Of a stretch of 64,000 nt of DNA, positions 49,379 through 61,393 are shown one piece after another. The translations under genes were made by a program, and so were the position numbers. Within the stretch, counting starts at the first letter, position 1, and each line of letters opens with the position of its first letter. The DNA is from an uncultured bacterium (lineage in GTDB: Bacteria > Ratteibacteria > UBA8468 > B48-G9 > DTJG01). The notes beneath the pieces were generated by a model. The model was given only the letters and a program-made list of their open reading frames with translations, was not told where the DNA came from and did no database searches. The stretch lies in NCBI GenBank assembly GCA_964532995.1, contig CAZHJN010000002.1, positions 54 to 64,053 on the forward strand, read 5' to 3'.

Positions 49379-50591
49379 TCCAGTTCTTTCTCGTTTGATA
49401 AAAAAGGAAATGCAAAGGGAAAAAGAAACCATTAATCTGATTGCTTCTGAAAATTACTGTAGCAGAGCCGTTCTTTCTGCGGTTGGTTCAATTCTGACAG
49501 ATAAATATGCAGAAGGATATCCATATAAAAGATATTATGATGGATGTGAAAATATTGATAGAATTGAAAGTCTCGCCATCGAGCGACTCACCAAACTTTT
49601 TATGTGTGAACATGCCAATGTTCAACCTCATGCGGGCAGTCAGGCAAATATGGCGGTTTATATGGCAGTATTAAAGCCTGGAGATGTTGTTCTCGGTATG
49701 GATCTTGCCGCCGGTGGGCATCTCACACACGGAACAAGGGTTAATTTCTCCGGAACAATATTCAAATCTTTTTATTATGGTGTTGACAGACAAACAGAGC
49801 GTTTGAATTATGATGAAATCCTGCGCATCGCTGAAAAAGTAAAACCAAGATTGATTATATGCGGTGCAAGTGCCTATCCCAGAATCATTGATTTTGAAAA
49901 GTTTTCAGAGATTGCAAGAAGAGTAGGCGCGTATCTCTGCGCTGATATTGCGCATATAGCCGGTCTTGTTGCAGCCGGACTGCATCCTTCACCCGTTGAA
50001 TTTGCCGAGTTTGTTACCGGTACAACTCACAAAACCCTTCGTGGTCCAAGAGGTGGATTTATTTTATGTCGTAAGAATTTTGCCCAGCTTGTAGATAGAG
50101 CTATCTTTCCCGGAATACAGGGTGGACCATTAATGCACGTTATTGCGGGCAAGGCAGTTGCTTTTAAAGAGGCGATGAGTAAGAAGTTTCACCTGTATCA
50201 GAAAAATGTTGTCGAGAACTGTCGCTTTATGGCAAAAGGACTTATTGAAAGAGGATACAGGCTTGTTACTGGAGGAACTGACAATCATTTAATTCTTGTT
50301 GACCTGAGAAACAGAAACATGACAGGTGATATGGCTCAAAGAATTCTGGGAAGCATTGGTATTACAGTAAACAGGAATGCTATCCCTTTTGATACCCTTC
50401 CACCGAATATTGCGGGTGGTATTCGTATTGGTACAGCAGCCATAACCACAAGAGGTATGCGAAAACCTGAGGTTGAAAAGATTTTTGATTTTATAGATGA
50501 GGCACTTAAAATAGGTGATAATCCATTTAAATTAAAATTATTGAGAAAGAAAATTAAAAATTTAGCTTCACAGTTTCCTGTGCATGAATAA
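49362..50591 (+). CDS. glyA: Serine hydroxymethyltransferase
   Basis: [24 protein letters not shown]-lysine motif. I chose the start at MLEKVDP (49362). The track ORF starts at 49284, inside glyS. Confidence 0.9.
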   Translation: MLEKVDPVLSRLIKKEMQREKETINLIASENYCSRAVLSAVGSILTDKYAEGYPYKRYYDGCENIDRIESLAIERLTKLFMCEHANVQPHAGSQANMAVYMAVLKPGDVVLGMDLAAGGHLTHGTRVNFSGTIFKSFYYGVDRQTERLNYDEILRIAEKVKPRLIICGASAYPRIIDFEKFSEIARRVGAYLCADIAHIAGLVAAGLHPSPVEFAEFVTGTTHKTLRGPRGGFILCRKNFAQLVDRAIFPGIQGGPLMHVIAGKAVAFKEAMSKKFHLYQKNVVENCRFMAKGLIERGYRLVTGGTDNHLILVDLRNRNMTGDMAQRILGSIGITVNRNAIPFDTLPPNIAGGIRIGTAAITTRGMRKPEVEKIFDFIDEALKIGDNPFKLKLLRKKIKNLASQFPVHE

Positions 50592-51087
50592 AAAAAAGAA
50601 AAACATTGTCAGGGAAAGGCCTGATTGGGATAGATATTTCATGAATATTGCTCAGCTTGTAAGTGAACGTTCAACCTGTTTACGCAGAAAGGTGGGAGCG
50701 GTTCTTGTTAAGGAAAAAAGGATACTTGCAACCGGTTATAATGGTGCACCTACAGGGATAGAACATTGTGAAAAATCAGGTTGTTTGAGGGAAAAACTCA
50801 AAATACCATCAGGAGAAAGACATGAGCTGTGCAGAGGTTTACACGCTGAACAGAATGCGATTATTCAGGCTGCCTATCATGGAGTTTCAATCAAAAATAG
50901 CATTCTTTACATTACATGCCACCCATGTTCAGTTTGCACCAAAATGATTATAAACGCCGGCATAACAACAGTGATAATACTTGAAGGCTATCCTGATGAC
51001 CTTGCAAAAAGCATGTTGAAGCAATCACATGTTGCTGTAAAATATGTTGGCAGAAGAATTGGTGGGAATACAAACAGCAAAAAGTAA
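50584..51087 (+). CDS. dCMP deaminase (ComEB-type cytidine/deoxycytidylate deaminase)
   Basis: HAEQNAI and PCSVCTK zinc-binding motifs; 167 aa. Confidence 0.8.
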   Translation: MNKKKKNIVRERPDWDRYFMNIAQLVSERSTCLRRKVGAVLVKEKRILATGYNGAPTGIEHCEKSGCLREKLKIPSGERHELCRGLHAEQNAIIQAAYHGVSIKNSILYITCHPCSVCTKMIINAGITTVIILEGYPDDLAKSMLKQSHVAVKYVGRRIGGNTNSKK

Positions 51088-51119
51088 AATTTGTCTTCAT
51101 TATTTGCGGGAGAACTGAT

Positions 51120-51365
51120 ATGGAAAAGAAAATTTTACTCTTTGGAAAGCAGGACTGCGGATTGTGCCAGGGATGGAAGAAAAAACTTGAGAATTTCAAT
51201 ATACAGTTTTCTTATTTTGATATTGAAGAACCTGATAATCTTGCCGAATTTACCCTGATGGGATTAACAAAAATTCCAGCTCTTATTATTGGTGAGAAAA
51301 GATTTGAAGGTATCAGACCTTCGGACCTTTCCATAGAAGAAATAAAAAAAATGATTGAAACATGA
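51120..51365 (+). CDS. Glutaredoxin/NrdH-like small thioredoxin-fold protein
   Basis: CGLC redox motif near the N-terminus; 81 aa. Confidence 0.55.
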   Translation: MEKKILLFGKQDCGLCQGWKKKLENFNIQFSYFDIEEPDNLAEFTLMGLTKIPALIIGEKRFEGIRPSDLSIEEIKKMIET

Positions 51366-52975
51366 CTGGCAATTTTTCAGGTTCTGTTTCCTTATCTCCA
51401 ATTGTCCTTGATATTTTACATCAGAGAGGTATAAGGGATTATAAAAAGGTCTGTGAATTCTTAAAACCCGACATTTCCTGCCTTTCAGACCCTTTTTCTA
51501 TAACTCAAATGAGACGCGCCTGCGAAATTATTGAGAAAACAATACATGAAAAAAAAGGTATTTTTCTATACGCTGATGGTGATGTGGATGGAATTTCCGG
51601 TGTTGCAATTTTTTCGAGAGTCCTTGAAAGTATGGGCGTTCATTTTGGGATAAAACTGACTCACAGACTTGAAGAATATGAAATTGAGCCAACCTTTATT
51701 GATAGAATAAAGCATCTTGGATATAACCTGCTTGTGACAGTAGATACCGGCACCACTTCAGTTAAACTCATAGAATACTGTGAGAAAAGCAAATTTCATC
51801 TTATTATTGTGGACCATCACAGAGGACAAACAAGAGATGATTTAAAGTATGTGACCATAGTAAACCCTTCTCTGGACAGAGGGGATGGTGAGTTCGATTT
51901 TCTGACAGCATCAGGTCTTGTTCTGAAACTTGTGCAGACTTTTAAGGAAATGTTTCCATTTTTCCCTGAGGAAATATTCGCCGCCTGCATTGAGCTGGCT
52001 GCGATCGGAACTCTCGGTGATTATGGTTTTCTAATAGGTGATAATCGCGTTATTGTAAAAATGGGCCTTGAATTTCTTGAAAATACGCGTATCCCAGGAA
52101 TTGAAGCGTTCAGAAAATATTTTTATGTTCCAAAAAAGGCTAATGATATTGAACCGGTGACACATTATTTGAACCCGAAATTAAATACGCCCGGGAGATT
52201 TGGAAGACCGGAGCTTGCTTTTAAGATCTTAACCGCAGCGGTCAATGAAAACATCCATGATATTTTTGAGGAAATAGATTTGCTTGAAAAAGAAAAAAGA
52301 AACGTTTTAAGAAAGATGTCTAATACAATCACAATGACGAATTTTGACAGCCCCCCATTTCTTATTTTTGAGGGAATTCCTGTTTCTTTTTCCGGTACTT
52401 TTGCGGCGAGGGTGAGTGAAAAATTCAAGCTTCCTTCCCTGGTGGCGATAAAGAAAAAGGATATAATTCAGGGTTCTGCCCGTGGTTTTGACAGAGCAGA
52501 CCTTTATAAATTCTTTGAAAATTACAGAGATATTTTTATTTCGTTTGGTGGACATAGAAATGCGGTCGGTTTCAAGATGAAAGACCATTATTTGAAGGAT
52601 CTGAAAGATACCTGGAAAAAGTTGAAGATACATGATACCACTGCTGAATGTTTGTCTCAGCCAATGACAGTGGATCTTGATCGATTAACTGTTCCTGTTA
52701 TGGAAGAACTTCAGCTATTGAAACCTTTTGGACCAGGAAATCAACCTGTTATTTTTAAATCATTTCCGGTTGAGTGCCTGAGAATTACCAGATATGAGGC
52801 AGGAAGAGTTGTTTCATGGATCAGGCAGGGCAGCAAAATGTTTGAAGCTCGTTTTCCAAAAGGTTTCAGAATGCCATCTCGTTTGCTTTCAATATCATAC
52901 TGCCCTGTTCTTAAGAAATCAGGCAATCTTTATTTGATCTGGCTTGACATCAAGAATTATTCAGAAACTTTTTGA
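51362..52975 (+). CDS. recJ: DHH-family single-stranded-DNA exonuclease RecJ-like
   Basis: [21 protein letters not shown] (DHH motif), DHHA1-like C-region; 537 aa. Confidence 0.75.
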   Translation: MTGNFSGSVSLSPIVLDILHQRGIRDYKKVCEFLKPDISCLSDPFSITQMRRACEIIEKTIHEKKGIFLYADGDVDGISGVAIFSRVLESMGVHFGIKLTHRLEEYEIEPTFIDRIKHLGYNLLVTVDTGTTSVKLIEYCEKSKFHLIIVDHHRGQTRDDLKYVTIVNPSLDRGDGEFDFLTASGLVLKLVQTFKEMFPFFPEEIFAACIELAAIGTLGDYGFLIGDNRVIVKMGLEFLENTRIPGIEAFRKYFYVPKKANDIEPVTHYLNPKLNTPGRFGRPELAFKILTAAVNENIHDIFEEIDLLEKEKRNVLRKMSNTITMTNFDSPPFLIFEGIPVSFSGTFAARVSEKFKLPSLVAIKKKDIIQGSARGFDRADLYKFFENYRDIFISFGGHRNAVGFKMKDHYLKDLKDTWKKLKIHDTTAECLSQPMTVDLDRLTVPVMEELQLLKPFGPGNQPVIFKSFPVECLRITRYEAGRVVSWIRQGSKMFEARFPKGFRMPSRLLSISYCPVLKKSGNLYLIWLDIKNYSETF

Positions 52976-53154
52976 GGTTTTTTTACCTTTCCTGATTTCA
53001 GACACTGCGTGCATACAGCCATCCTTTTTACACTTCCCATGTAGTCAACGGTCAATTTTTGAACATTTGGTTTCCATACTCTTCGGGTTTTCACATTTGA
53101 ATGGCTCACGTTATGCCCTGTTCTAGGACCTTTTCCACATATCTCGCATTTCAT
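52957..53154 (-). CDS. rpmB: 50S ribosomal protein L28
   Basis: [25 protein letters not shown]28 signature; 65 aa. Its 3' end overlaps the convergent recJ 3' end. Confidence 0.85.
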   Translation of the reverse strand: MKCEICGKGPRTGHNVSHSNVKTRRVWKPNVQKLTVDYMGSVKRMAVCTQCLKSGKVKKPQKVSE

Positions 53155-53164
53155 TCCATCTCCT

Positions 53165-54943
53165 TTATTGCTTTTTTTCCGCTTTAACCTTATTACCTGG
53201 AAGTATGTCCCTGAATTCAGGGACAGTTTTTAACAAATACTTAACGTATTCATGCTCAGGGTTTACGGCAGCTGCTTTTTTAAGATACTCTCTGGCTCCA
53301 TTGATATCCTGTTCATGATAAAACTTGATAGTAAAAAGTCCCAATATTACATCTATATCATAAGGATTAAACCAGAGAGCTTTTTCGTAAAATTGTCTGG
53401 CTTTTTCAAAATTCTGCAGTTGCATATACAGCGTTGCCAGATTTGCATCTGTCTTGGCAAAATGGGGGAAAATTACATTGTTAATTTTCAGATAGATTTC
53501 CTCTGCTTTTTTCAGATCCCCAATCTGCCCGCAGGCAAATGCCATTTTGTAAAGAGCAACCGCATTATTGGGATTTATTTTACACACTTTTTTATAATTT
53601 TCAATAGCTGTGGCAAAATCATTTGCCTCTCTTGCGGCTATACCTTTTTTCAGATAAACCTCAGGAATAAGCCTGTAGTATATTTTCCAGCCTGCAAGTA
53701 TAATCATTGCAACCAAAAAAAACATTGATATTATTTTTTTCAGTGAGCCCATAATTAGTATAGGGTTTTCTTCTTTATTCCAGCTGAAGCATAATCCGAG
53801 AAGAAACCAGAAATACATTGCGGTGGAGGTGTTGGTGAGATTGGTGGAAAGTATATTATCAACCAGAACAGCAATGATTCCTGGAAATGCAAAAAGGAAG
53901 ATTTCAAATGACTGATTTGTGTGTTTTTTTATTCCATTGTGCATTGCGAGAATGAAAAGTGCTCCAAAAAGAATAAGTGCGATGATTCCATTTTCTGCCC
54001 ATATTTCAAGATACTGACAGTGAGGATGATTTGTTATGGGGGTAGCCTGGGGTCTCAAAAAATACTCTCTGAAACGAAAATAAGGATAATGAAATATGAA
54101 GTTTCCTGTTCCCCATCCTGTTACAATTCTTTCTTTTATCATATTCCACGTGCCCTTCCAGATGTAAAACCTGATATCCTGTACAAACTGGGTCTGTATT
54201 CTATCCCACATAATAATTGTACCAACTATTATTACAAAAAAACCCGCATATTTAAGCCAGCTGATTCTATGGTTTTTTAAGAGCAAAAAGGATACAAAGG
54301 AAGATGCTGCTGCGAAAGCAAAAAGTGATGCCCTTGATTTTGTGATAACAAGCGCTGCAAATGTTATTATAAAATAAACAGCGCCGATCACAGTGAGTTT
54401 TTTGCGCAGAAAGTACAGGCTTAAAAATATCGGCATTAAAAGATGACCTGCAAAAAAGTTGGGGTTACCGAATGTGGAAATTGGATAACGTGTCACAGGA
54501 TACTGAAAAAACGCTATTATTGAGGCTATAATCATTGCTGAAGCCCAGATAAAAGCATCTTTGTTTTCCCATTTCCAGAGCATTCCTGTAAGAAATAAAA
54601 GATAATAAAGCAAATAATTTTCAAGTGCCTGCGCTGCGCCGTATTTTACAGGAGCATAAAAGCAGCCAGCAAGTATATATAGAAAGAACAAAGTTCCTGC
54701 TATAAAACCTGCTGGATGTAGAGATATCTCCTTTCTTCTTATATATAAAGCAATGGCAAAAATTGCGACAGACAGAGCGCCCAGAACATCTTTTATGACT
54801 GTATAATCATAGGCGGGTTTGAAATTAAGCAGTGGAGCAATTCCCAGAAAAACTATTGAAAAAACAATGGCGAGTATATCAATTGTCTTTTCTTCCTTTC
54901 CCATTTTAATACCTTCTGCTGCCGATAATTTTTTTTTCGACAT
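53165..54943 (-). CDS. O-antigen ligase/polymerase-family membrane protein (Wzy_C) with C-terminal TPR repeats
   Basis: About 10 TM segments including the Wzy_C region, followed by TPR-like repeats ([20 protein letters not shown]...); 592 aa. Confidence 0.7.
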   Translation of the reverse strand: MSKKKLSAAEGIKMGKEEKTIDILAIVFSIVFLGIAPLLNFKPAYDYTVIKDVLGALSVAIFAIALYIRRKEISLHPAGFIAGTLFFLYILAGCFYAPVKYGAAQALENYLLYYLLFLTGMLWKWENKDAFIWASAMIIASIIAFFQYPVTRYPISTFGNPNFFAGHLLMPIFLSLYFLRKKLTVIGAVYFIITFAALVITKSRASLFAFAAASSFVSFLLLKNHRISWLKYAGFFVIIVGTIIMWDRIQTQFVQDIRFYIWKGTWNMIKERIVTGWGTGNFIFHYPYFRFREYFLRPQATPITNHPHCQYLEIWAENGIIALILFGALFILAMHNGIKKHTNQSFEIFLFAFPGIIAVLVDNILSTNLTNTSTAMYFWFLLGLCFSWNKEENPILIMGSLKKIISMFFLVAMIILAGWKIYYRLIPEVYLKKGIAAREANDFATAIENYKKVCKINPNNAVALYKMAFACGQIGDLKKAEEIYLKINNVIFPHFAKTDANLATLYMQLQNFEKARQFYEKALWFNPYDIDVILGLFTIKFYHEQDINGAREYLKKAAAVNPEHEYVKYLLKTVPEFRDILPGNKVKAEKKQ

Positions 54944-54947
54944 TGCG

Positions 54948-56243
54948 TCAACCGCCTTTATTTTTTGTAAAGAAAAGAAACATGGTGAAAATTATTATAG
55001 CAAAATCAAGCCAGATACTCCAGTTTTCTGCATAATAGAGGTCATAACTGAACCTCTCTTCTGGTTCAATCTGACCTCCCCTTAATCCATGTATTTGGGC
55101 CCATCCCGTCATGCCCGGCATAATTTTCGATCTTTCATAAAAGCCCGGTATTGAAAAAAACAATGTGTCATTTATTGAAATCGGTCTTGGTCCCACAAGA
55201 CTCATATCTCCTTTAAGAACATTAAGAAGTTGTGGTAATTCGTCGATGTTGAACCTTCGTAAAAACTTACCGAATCCTGTGATTCTTGGGTCCTGTTTAA
55301 TTGTGTATGGAAGGATTGTTTCCGCACCATGGACCATTGTTCTGAACTTCAGAATTTTGAATTTTTTCCCTCTGAAACCAATTCTTTTCTGAACAAATAC
55401 CGCAGGACCTCTGGAATCTAACTTTATTGCTATTGAGACCAGAAAAAGAAAAGGCATCAAAGCAGCTAATGATATCATGGAAATAAAGATATCTGAAAAT
55501 CTTTTAATTATTCTATTATGCCAGAATTCGAGCGGGAAAATATGCTTTGTTATGACAGGTATACCATCTATCTCCTCCACCCTGCCCCCGCTCAGAAATA
55601 TCTGAGAAGTTTTTGGATATATAAAGTAAGGAATACTGAATTTATTGCAGATTTGTTCAATTTGTTGAATTTTTCCAAGATTCTCAAGGCATATTATTGC
55701 GCACACATTTTTTTCACCGTGGATTTCATCAGAGTTGATAAACTGATCTGGTGTGATAATCCTGATGAAGCGTGCTCCATGAAGTCTCAGCCTTTTTGAA
55801 ACGAATAAAAAATCTTCTTTGTTGCCGATCAGAAAAAATTTGGTTTCAGATCTTGCAAGAATTGAACTTATAAGAAGATGAATTAAAGATAGAACCATAA
55901 AACTGATTATTGCGCCGAGACTTACAGCAATTCTGGAATACGAAAAACCTCTGTACAAAAATGTAACCGCGCTTATTATAATGTATGAGTAGAAACTGCT
56001 CTGAATTATTCTGCTCAATTCAAAACACGGATTGATGAAGGTTTGATCTTTATAGGTTCTGTTTATATTTAACAGGGTTATCCAGACAATAGCTGCAAAA
56101 ATTGAAAGCTGTATATATGGTATTAATGGTGGAATACCTTTGTAAGGGAAAATCTGCAATGAGAATCTGATTATATACCCGAATAGCATTCCGTATATTA
56201 TGGCTATAAAATCAACAATAATAAGTAATTTCCTATTTTTCAT
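54948..56243 (-). CDS. Polyprenyl-phosphate sugar phosphotransferase (WbaP/CpsE-like bacterial sugar transferase)
   Basis: N-terminal TM block, C-terminal catalytic domain (GPRP...PGMTGWAQI); 431 aa. Confidence 0.8.
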   Translation of the reverse strand: MKNRKLLIIVDFIAIIYGMLFGYIIRFSLQIFPYKGIPPLIPYIQLSIFAAIVWITLLNINRTYKDQTFINPCFELSRIIQSSFYSYIIISAVTFLYRGFSYSRIAVSLGAIISFMVLSLIHLLISSILARSETKFFLIGNKEDFLFVSKRLRLHGARFIRIITPDQFINSDEIHGEKNVCAIICLENLGKIQQIEQICNKFSIPYFIYPKTSQIFLSGGRVEEIDGIPVITKHIFPLEFWHNRIIKRFSDIFISMISLAALMPFLFLVSIAIKLDSRGPAVFVQKRIGFRGKKFKILKFRTMVHGAETILPYTIKQDPRITGFGKFLRRFNIDELPQLLNVLKGDMSLVGPRPISINDTLFFSIPGFYERSKIMPGMTGWAQIHGLRGGQIEPEERFSYDLYYAENWSIWLDFAIIIFTMFLFFTKNKGG

Positions 56244-57333
56244 TTTTTAACCTAAAGAACAAATTTTCGTATTTTCCCCCGATTTCTTCCCATCTGTAGA
56301 GTTTCTCTGCTCTTTCGCGTGCCATATTCCCCAGAACAAGAAATTTTTCAGGATTTTCTACAACCTGCTTCATCAGATCAGACAGTGAACCTTTTTCTCT
56401 GGTGAAATAAAGACCGCAGCTTCCGAGAACCTCCCGATTAAATGGAACGTCGAGAGCAAGAATCACTGCTCCAGAACCCATGGCAGAAAGAAGGGCAGGA
56501 TTTGTTCCGCCGACTTCATTTCCATGAATATAGGCAAGAGAATGAGCCTGTAATTCAGTATATGTTTGTTTTTCATATACCCTACCGATAAATTTTACCC
56601 GACCTGTGGCTATTGATTTCAGCATTTTTACATAACATGATTTACTCTGAATATCTCCTGCGATTACAAGTGGAATATCTAAATTTGCTCTGTTGAATTC
56701 CTGTATCATTAAATCCTGGTTATTCTCCGGTTCAAGTCGGCTACCTGTAAAAAAATATCTTTTACTTTCCAGGCCGAACTTACTTATATTTTCGGCTTTT
56801 TCTGAGTTGATAATATCGGCGCCGTATGGTATGTAGACGGGTTTTACGTGGAAACGCGATTGATAATATTCGGCAATTTTCAATGAATCCGCCACCACGC
56901 AATCAGAGACAATGGTTGAAAGAAATGAAGCAAATCTGAAATATGTTTTTCCAGCAAATCCCCATTTTTTTCTTTTCCATTCCAGACCATCCACATTTAT
57001 GACTATCTTTTTCCCGAAAATTTTTGCAATAATTGCTGCCGGACTGTTTGCAGCATTGAATATCAGAACTATATCAGGATTCCACATCAAAACCTTAATA
57101 ATGCTGAAAAATGAATGTGAAAGGGTTTCTGTATTTTTCCCTCTGATACAGAAAGGATAGCAGGTTTCAATATTATCGCATAATACCGGTTTATCCGGAT
57201 AGAGGTATTTTCTGCAGGTAACAAGAATTCTGTGTCCGTTTCCTGCGAGATATTCAGCAATTCTTTCAGCACAGGTTTCAAACCCTCCGTATCTTGCCGG
57301 GATTCCCCTTGTACCGATTATTGCGATTTTCAT
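56233..57333 (-). CDS. GT4 glycosyltransferase (DUF1972-type N-domain)
   Basis: MKIAIIGTRGIPARYGGFET N-terminus; GT4 C-domain; 366 aa. Confidence 0.7.
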   Translation of the reverse strand: MKIAIIGTRGIPARYGGFETCAERIAEYLAGNGHRILVTCRKYLYPDKPVLCDNIETCYPFCIRGKNTETLSHSFFSIIKVLMWNPDIVLIFNAANSPAAIIAKIFGKKIVINVDGLEWKRKKWGFAGKTYFRFASFLSTIVSDCVVADSLKIAEYYQSRFHVKPVYIPYGADIINSEKAENISKFGLESKRYFFTGSRLEPENNQDLMIQEFNRANLDIPLVIAGDIQSKSCYVKMLKSIATGRVKFIGRVYEKQTYTELQAHSLAYIHGNEVGGTNPALLSAMGSGAVILALDVPFNREVLGSCGLYFTREKGSLSDLMKQVVENPEKFLVLGNMARERAEKLYRWEEIGGKYENLFFRLKNEK

Positions 57334-57340
57334 TTTTTAA

Positions 57341-58468
57341 TTATATCAGAGACAATGTATTTCTGTATACATCAATGGTTTTAATCGCACATTCCTTCCA
57401 TGTAAATTTTTTTGCCTGTTTAAAACCTTTTATTCTGAGCTGGTTCTGAAGTTCTCTGTCATCATACAATTTTCTTATGGCATTTGCTATCTCTTCGTTA
57501 TCTTTTGGATTGACCATAATTGCAGCATTTTCTGCTATTTCAGGAAGTGATGAAGTACTGGAAGTAATAACAGGGCAACCGCATGCCATCGCTTCAAGAG
57601 GTGGAAATCCGAAGCCCTCATAGAATGATACATATATAAACATTTTTGCACCGCTGTAAAGAGATACCAGTTGATGTTGAGTAAGATAACCGGTGATTAC
57701 AACTTTATCCCTGAAAACAGAATTTCTTATTTCTGAGAAAATTTCATCATAAAGCCATAATTTTTTCCCAACAATGACAAGTTTACATGGGAAATCTTTT
57801 TTTTCTTTTAGTATCTTAAAAAAGGCTTTAATCAGACCTTTCAGGTTTTTTCTCGGTTGTAGATTTGAAACAGTCAGTATATAGGGGGCAGAAATTCCAT
57901 ATTTTTTCAGAGTATCTTGAATTTCTTTTTCAGTTGCTGGCTTGAATTCATCTGAAATTCCATTGTAAACAGTGCAGATTTTTTTTTCTGAATTTTTATA
58001 CATTCTTGTGATTTCATTTCTGGAAAATTCAGAAACAGTTATAATTCTTCTTGCTTTTTTTATTGAATATCGCATGAAAAACTTCATTTTCAATCGTTCC
58101 AGTTTTGGGAAAAATTCAGGATGTGTCAGATATGAGACATCGTGAAGTGTTATTATTGAAGGAATATCTGTAAAAAAAGGAATGTGATACTGTGTATGGA
58201 GAAGGTCAATTCCTGAATACTTTATTTTTGCAGGCAGGTCGAATAATAATCTTTTTGCAGGATTTACTGAAATAAATTCAAATTCAAAAGAGGGATTTTC
58301 CTTTAAAAAATCAGGAACCCGTGCTTTATTGTTCAGAAAAACCACAAATTTAAAATCCTTTGTGTTTATATCTGAAATACCTTTCAGAAGACCCTCCGCG
58401 TACCTTTCATTTCCACCCTGCTGCAGTCCTAATGCATGAGCTTCAATTCCCACCTTTTGAATTTTCAT
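57341..58468 (-). CDS. GT4 glycosyltransferase
   Basis: GT4 two-domain fold ([20 protein letters not shown]); 375 aa. Confidence 0.75.
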   Translation of the reverse strand: MKIQKVGIEAHALGLQQGGNERYAEGLLKGISDINTKDFKFVVFLNNKARVPDFLKENPSFEFEFISVNPAKRLLFDLPAKIKYSGIDLLHTQYHIPFFTDIPSIITLHDVSYLTHPEFFPKLERLKMKFFMRYSIKKARRIITVSEFSRNEITRMYKNSEKKICTVYNGISDEFKPATEKEIQDTLKKYGISAPYILTVSNLQPRKNLKGLIKAFFKILKEKKDFPCKLVIVGKKLWLYDEIFSEIRNSVFRDKVVITGYLTQHQLVSLYSGAKMFIYVSFYEGFGFPPLEAMACGCPVITSSTSSLPEIAENAAIMVNPKDNEEIANAIRKLYDDRELQNQLRIKGFKQAKKFTWKECAIKTIDVYRNTLSLI

Positions 58469-59774
58469 TGTTTCTTCTTTTTTTCAGTATATGCTGATAA
58501 AACTCAAGATATTTAAGTGCCGTATCTTTGATATCAAAATTCTGCCTGGCATATAACGAAGCTTCAAGAGAAATTTTTTTATTAAGCTGGGCGTCATCAA
58601 ATAGCCTTTTTATGGATTCTGTCATTTTTTCGGGACAATTAACCGGGATTAAAAAACCTGTTTTTCCATCAATAATCTGTTCTTTAATGCCGCCATTTGA
58701 AAAAGCCACGACAGGTGTGCCGCAGGCCATTGCTTCTGAAACAGTTAGCCCCCATGTTTCATTTTCTGCAGCGCTTGCAAAAACATCAGCACTTCTATAG
58801 TATTCTGCCACCAGATTCTCGTCATCTTTAAAGGGTATGAATCTTATTTCGAGATTTCTGTAAAATTCCTTTTTACCTTTATCACCAAGACACAGCATTA
58901 TTACTCTTTTCCCAGTTGATTTATTTCCAAGTAAAACTGCAATTTTTTTCAGCATACGGAAATTTTTATATCTGTTTGTTTTCAATTCTTTTCCGGATAC
59001 TAGCAATATGTTGACCTGCTCAGGCAGACCCAGTTTTCTTCTTGCTTCGATTTTGTTTCCGGGCTTGAAAATTGAAAGGTCAACACCATTATGAATTATT
59101 TTCAATTCCCTTGCTACTTTTCCGATATATGAATTATTAACCATATTCATTGCCCACAAAGATGGCGTGGATATGTATGGTTTGGCTGCTGTAAGACATT
59201 CAATTTTTTCCTTAAGGTTTTTAAATATTCCGTTTTTTACCGGGAACAATGGAAACCAAGCCTGTATGCAGTTATTACATCCTGATTTCCATCCAGTACA
59301 TTCGCCGGGCTGCACACATTTACCTGTTAATAACCACAGGTCATGTAATGTGATTAAAACAGGAAAAAACCGAGCAGCTGAACATATCAGCTGTGGTCCG
59401 ATGCCTCGTACATTATGAAAATGAACTATTTCAGGAGAAAAGCCGACTTCATCAAGCAGATTCTTGAAATCAATATGACCTGGTTTTTCTCTACCGGTAA
59501 AAATTTTTCTGATACTGCCTGGCTCTTCAAGTTGTCTCAAAAGTTTTTTAAGGAAACCTTTACCTGAATAAGATTGGTAGATTTTGTTTATAAACTTAAT
59601 TATGGATGGTTTTGCGGGATGAGGAATTTCAACAACAAATTTATATTCAGAAAATTTGTGCGATACCACCAAACACGCATTATGCCCCATTTTGTTATAG
59701 ATGGATACAAGCTGGCAGGCGATTTTTTCTGCTCCGCCGTATATATCGTAGGGGTTGATAAGAATAATGTTCAT
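58443..59774 (-). CDS. GT4 glycosyltransferase
   Basis: ETWGLTVSEAMACGTPVVAF C-domain motif; 443 aa. Confidence 0.7.
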   Translation of the reverse strand: MNIILINPYDIYGGAEKIACQLVSIYNKMGHNACLVVSHKFSEYKFVVEIPHPAKPSIIKFINKIYQSYSGKGFLKKLLRQLEEPGSIRKIFTGREKPGHIDFKNLLDEVGFSPEIVHFHNVRGIGPQLICSAARFFPVLITLHDLWLLTGKCVQPGECTGWKSGCNNCIQAWFPLFPVKNGIFKNLKEKIECLTAAKPYISTPSLWAMNMVNNSYIGKVARELKIIHNGVDLSIFKPGNKIEARRKLGLPEQVNILLVSGKELKTNRYKNFRMLKKIAVLLGNKSTGKRVIMLCLGDKGKKEFYRNLEIRFIPFKDDENLVAEYYRSADVFASAAENETWGLTVSEAMACGTPVVAFSNGGIKEQIIDGKTGFLIPVNCPEKMTESIKRLFDDAQLNKKISLEASLYARQNFDIKDTALKYLEFYQHILKKRRNNENSKGGN

Positions 59775-59883
59775 CAGTGGCGCTGGTTTTAGAAACTCAC
59801 TATTTTATTATAACCAATTTGATGCAGATATGTAAAATTCAGATTTACTAAAAACAATTTGCGGGTTATAATAATTTTATATC

Positions 59884-59955
59884 GGGGGTATAGCTCAATG
59901 GGAGAGCGTCCGCCTTGCACGCGGAAGGTTGTCGGTTCGACTCCGATTACCTCCA
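59884..59955 (+). tRNA. tRNA-Ala (anticodon TGC), no encoded CCA
   Basis: Cloverleaf folded by hand: acceptor GGGGGTA/TACCTCC with the G3:U70 Ala identity pair, D-arm GCTCAATGGGAGAGC, anticodon stem TCCGC/GCGGA with loop CTTGCAC, T-arm GTCGG-TTCGACT-CCGAT, discriminator A then CTTAT. Confidence 0.9.
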
Positions 59956-59984
59956 CTTATTATCTCAAAAAGGGATTTTTTACC

Positions 59985-61307
59985 ATGGATATCTCCAGAA
60001 AGACTTCCAGAGCGCTTGAAGAAATAATGACGACTGAGGAAATAGAAAAGCTTTTTGTTCCCAGATTGATGGAGAACACTTCAAATTTTATTGATATAAC
60101 AAAACATTTTCTTGAAAATAGAAGTGCCTGTAATAAGGAATTTTTTGTAACATTTACAAAGGAAAGTGATAGGGTCGAGAGTTTTCTTGATGATCATGGA
60201 GCCGGCAATAATAAAAAATTTTTTTATCTGAGAGAACTGGTGGCTGCAATCAGGTGGTTTACTCAGGCAATTTTCCAGAACCTTCATATCCTTTCTCGAT
60301 ACGAATTTTATTCGCTCAATCTTTCACCTGATAAGGAAAAGGAATTTTTGGATAATCTTGAGAAAAATTTGAATTTTTTGAATGAAACCCTTATGATTTT
60401 TAGCCGTGAAATAATATCTGAGTTTGAAATCCTGGGGATCTATCCCAGGAAGGATACAGAACATACAGGTTATGTCAATTTTGAGGTTCCTTATAGAAAA
60501 ATGCTTCCTTCTGACCTTGAACAGCAGGATGATATTGGTGATAGAGATCGACTCATAAATTTTCTTTTGAAATTTCTTGATATGGGTCAGGATCTTGAAA
60601 TGTTTTCAAATGACCGAGATATGAAAGAAAATATTACAGAAGAAACTCTTGAAAATTTCAGATCAGGTTATCACAGACTGCAGTCCACCTATGATACCTA
60701 CATTGGAAATACCAGTATAGCAAGAGAATTGCCTTCGCTGGTATCATTAAGAGGACATATTTCTGTTAATCTTCATTTGCTTGAAATGGCTCGTTCTCTT
60801 ATTCACTTCTATGAAAGGCACACTGAACGGTTTTCAAGGCTTTCTGAAAACAGACCCGGCTTGAGAGAAATTCGTTTCAATGAGATAAAAAAATGTATAG
60901 AGTTGTTTGTTCTACCATTTGTGTTTTCCTTTGCAAAATCCGGTAAGATTCTCGGTGAACAGATATTTAAGTTTCTCGGGACAGATCCTGATGAATATGT
61001 TCTTGAAACGATATCCCTTGTTATTTCTCCATACAGGATTGAGGATTTTCATCTGAGACCTGTAATGCCAGTAACCCAGATAGCTGCGAAATACTCAACA
61101 AACATAGATCTGTATTTCAATAGAAAGAGATATGATTTAAAAAGCCCACTTGAAATGGCAATGGCTATCCCTGATATTCGTGAAAAACTTGCCACAGAGA
61201 GCGCGCGTATTATTGTAAGGGGTCCGAGAAAAGCCACAAGAGAAATTTTTGAATTTTTCAGCCAGTGCTGTGGAGCGATTCCTGAACAGCAGTTGATCAA
61301 TAAATAA
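59985..61307 (+). CDS. Hypothetical protein (441 aa), no recognizable domain
   Basis: Long ORF starting at MDISRKTS, 29 nt after the tRNA. The track ORF (59859..) reads through the tRNA and is rejected. Acidic, predicted soluble, helical. Confidence 0.5.
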   Translation: MDISRKTSRALEEIMTTEEIEKLFVPRLMENTSNFIDITKHFLENRSACNKEFFVTFTKESDRVESFLDDHGAGNNKKFFYLRELVAAIRWFTQAIFQNLHILSRYEFYSLNLSPDKEKEFLDNLEKNLNFLNETLMIFSREIISEFEILGIYPRKDTEHTGYVNFEVPYRKMLPSDLEQQDDIGDRDRLINFLLKFLDMGQDLEMFSNDRDMKENITEETLENFRSGYHRLQSTYDTYIGNTSIARELPSLVSLRGHISVNLHLLEMARSLIHFYERHTERFSRLSENRPGLREIRFNEIKKCIELFVLPFVFSFAKSGKILGEQIFKFLGTDPDEYVLETISLVISPYRIEDFHLRPVMPVTQIAAKYSTNIDLYFNRKRYDLKSPLEMAMAIPDIREKLATESARIIVRGPRKATREIFEFFSQCCGAIPEQQLINK

Positions 61308-61347
61308 TCCTGAAACATTTTTTTGAATAACATTATTTTTTTATCTA

Positions 61348-61376
61348 TTGACTACTGTATAAATATACAGTATAAT
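61348..61376 (+). promoter_or_regulatory. lexA promoter (TTGACT-17-TATAAT) with an embedded E. coli-type LexA/SOS box TACTGTATAAATATACAGTA (61353..61372)
   Basis: Read directly. CTGT-N8-ACAG with perfect 8-nt palindromic arms fills the spacer and overlaps the -10. About 20 nt upstream of the lexA ATG. Confidence 0.7.
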
Positions 61377-61393
61377 TATAAAAAGGGAAAAAA

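Noticed and set aside
59859-59984. N-terminal extension of the track ORF 59859..61307 (MRVIIILYRGYSSMGERPPCTRKVVGSTPITSTYY...)
   Set aside because: This stretch is the tRNA-Ala gene read as protein. The real CDS starts at the ATG at 59985 (MDISRK).
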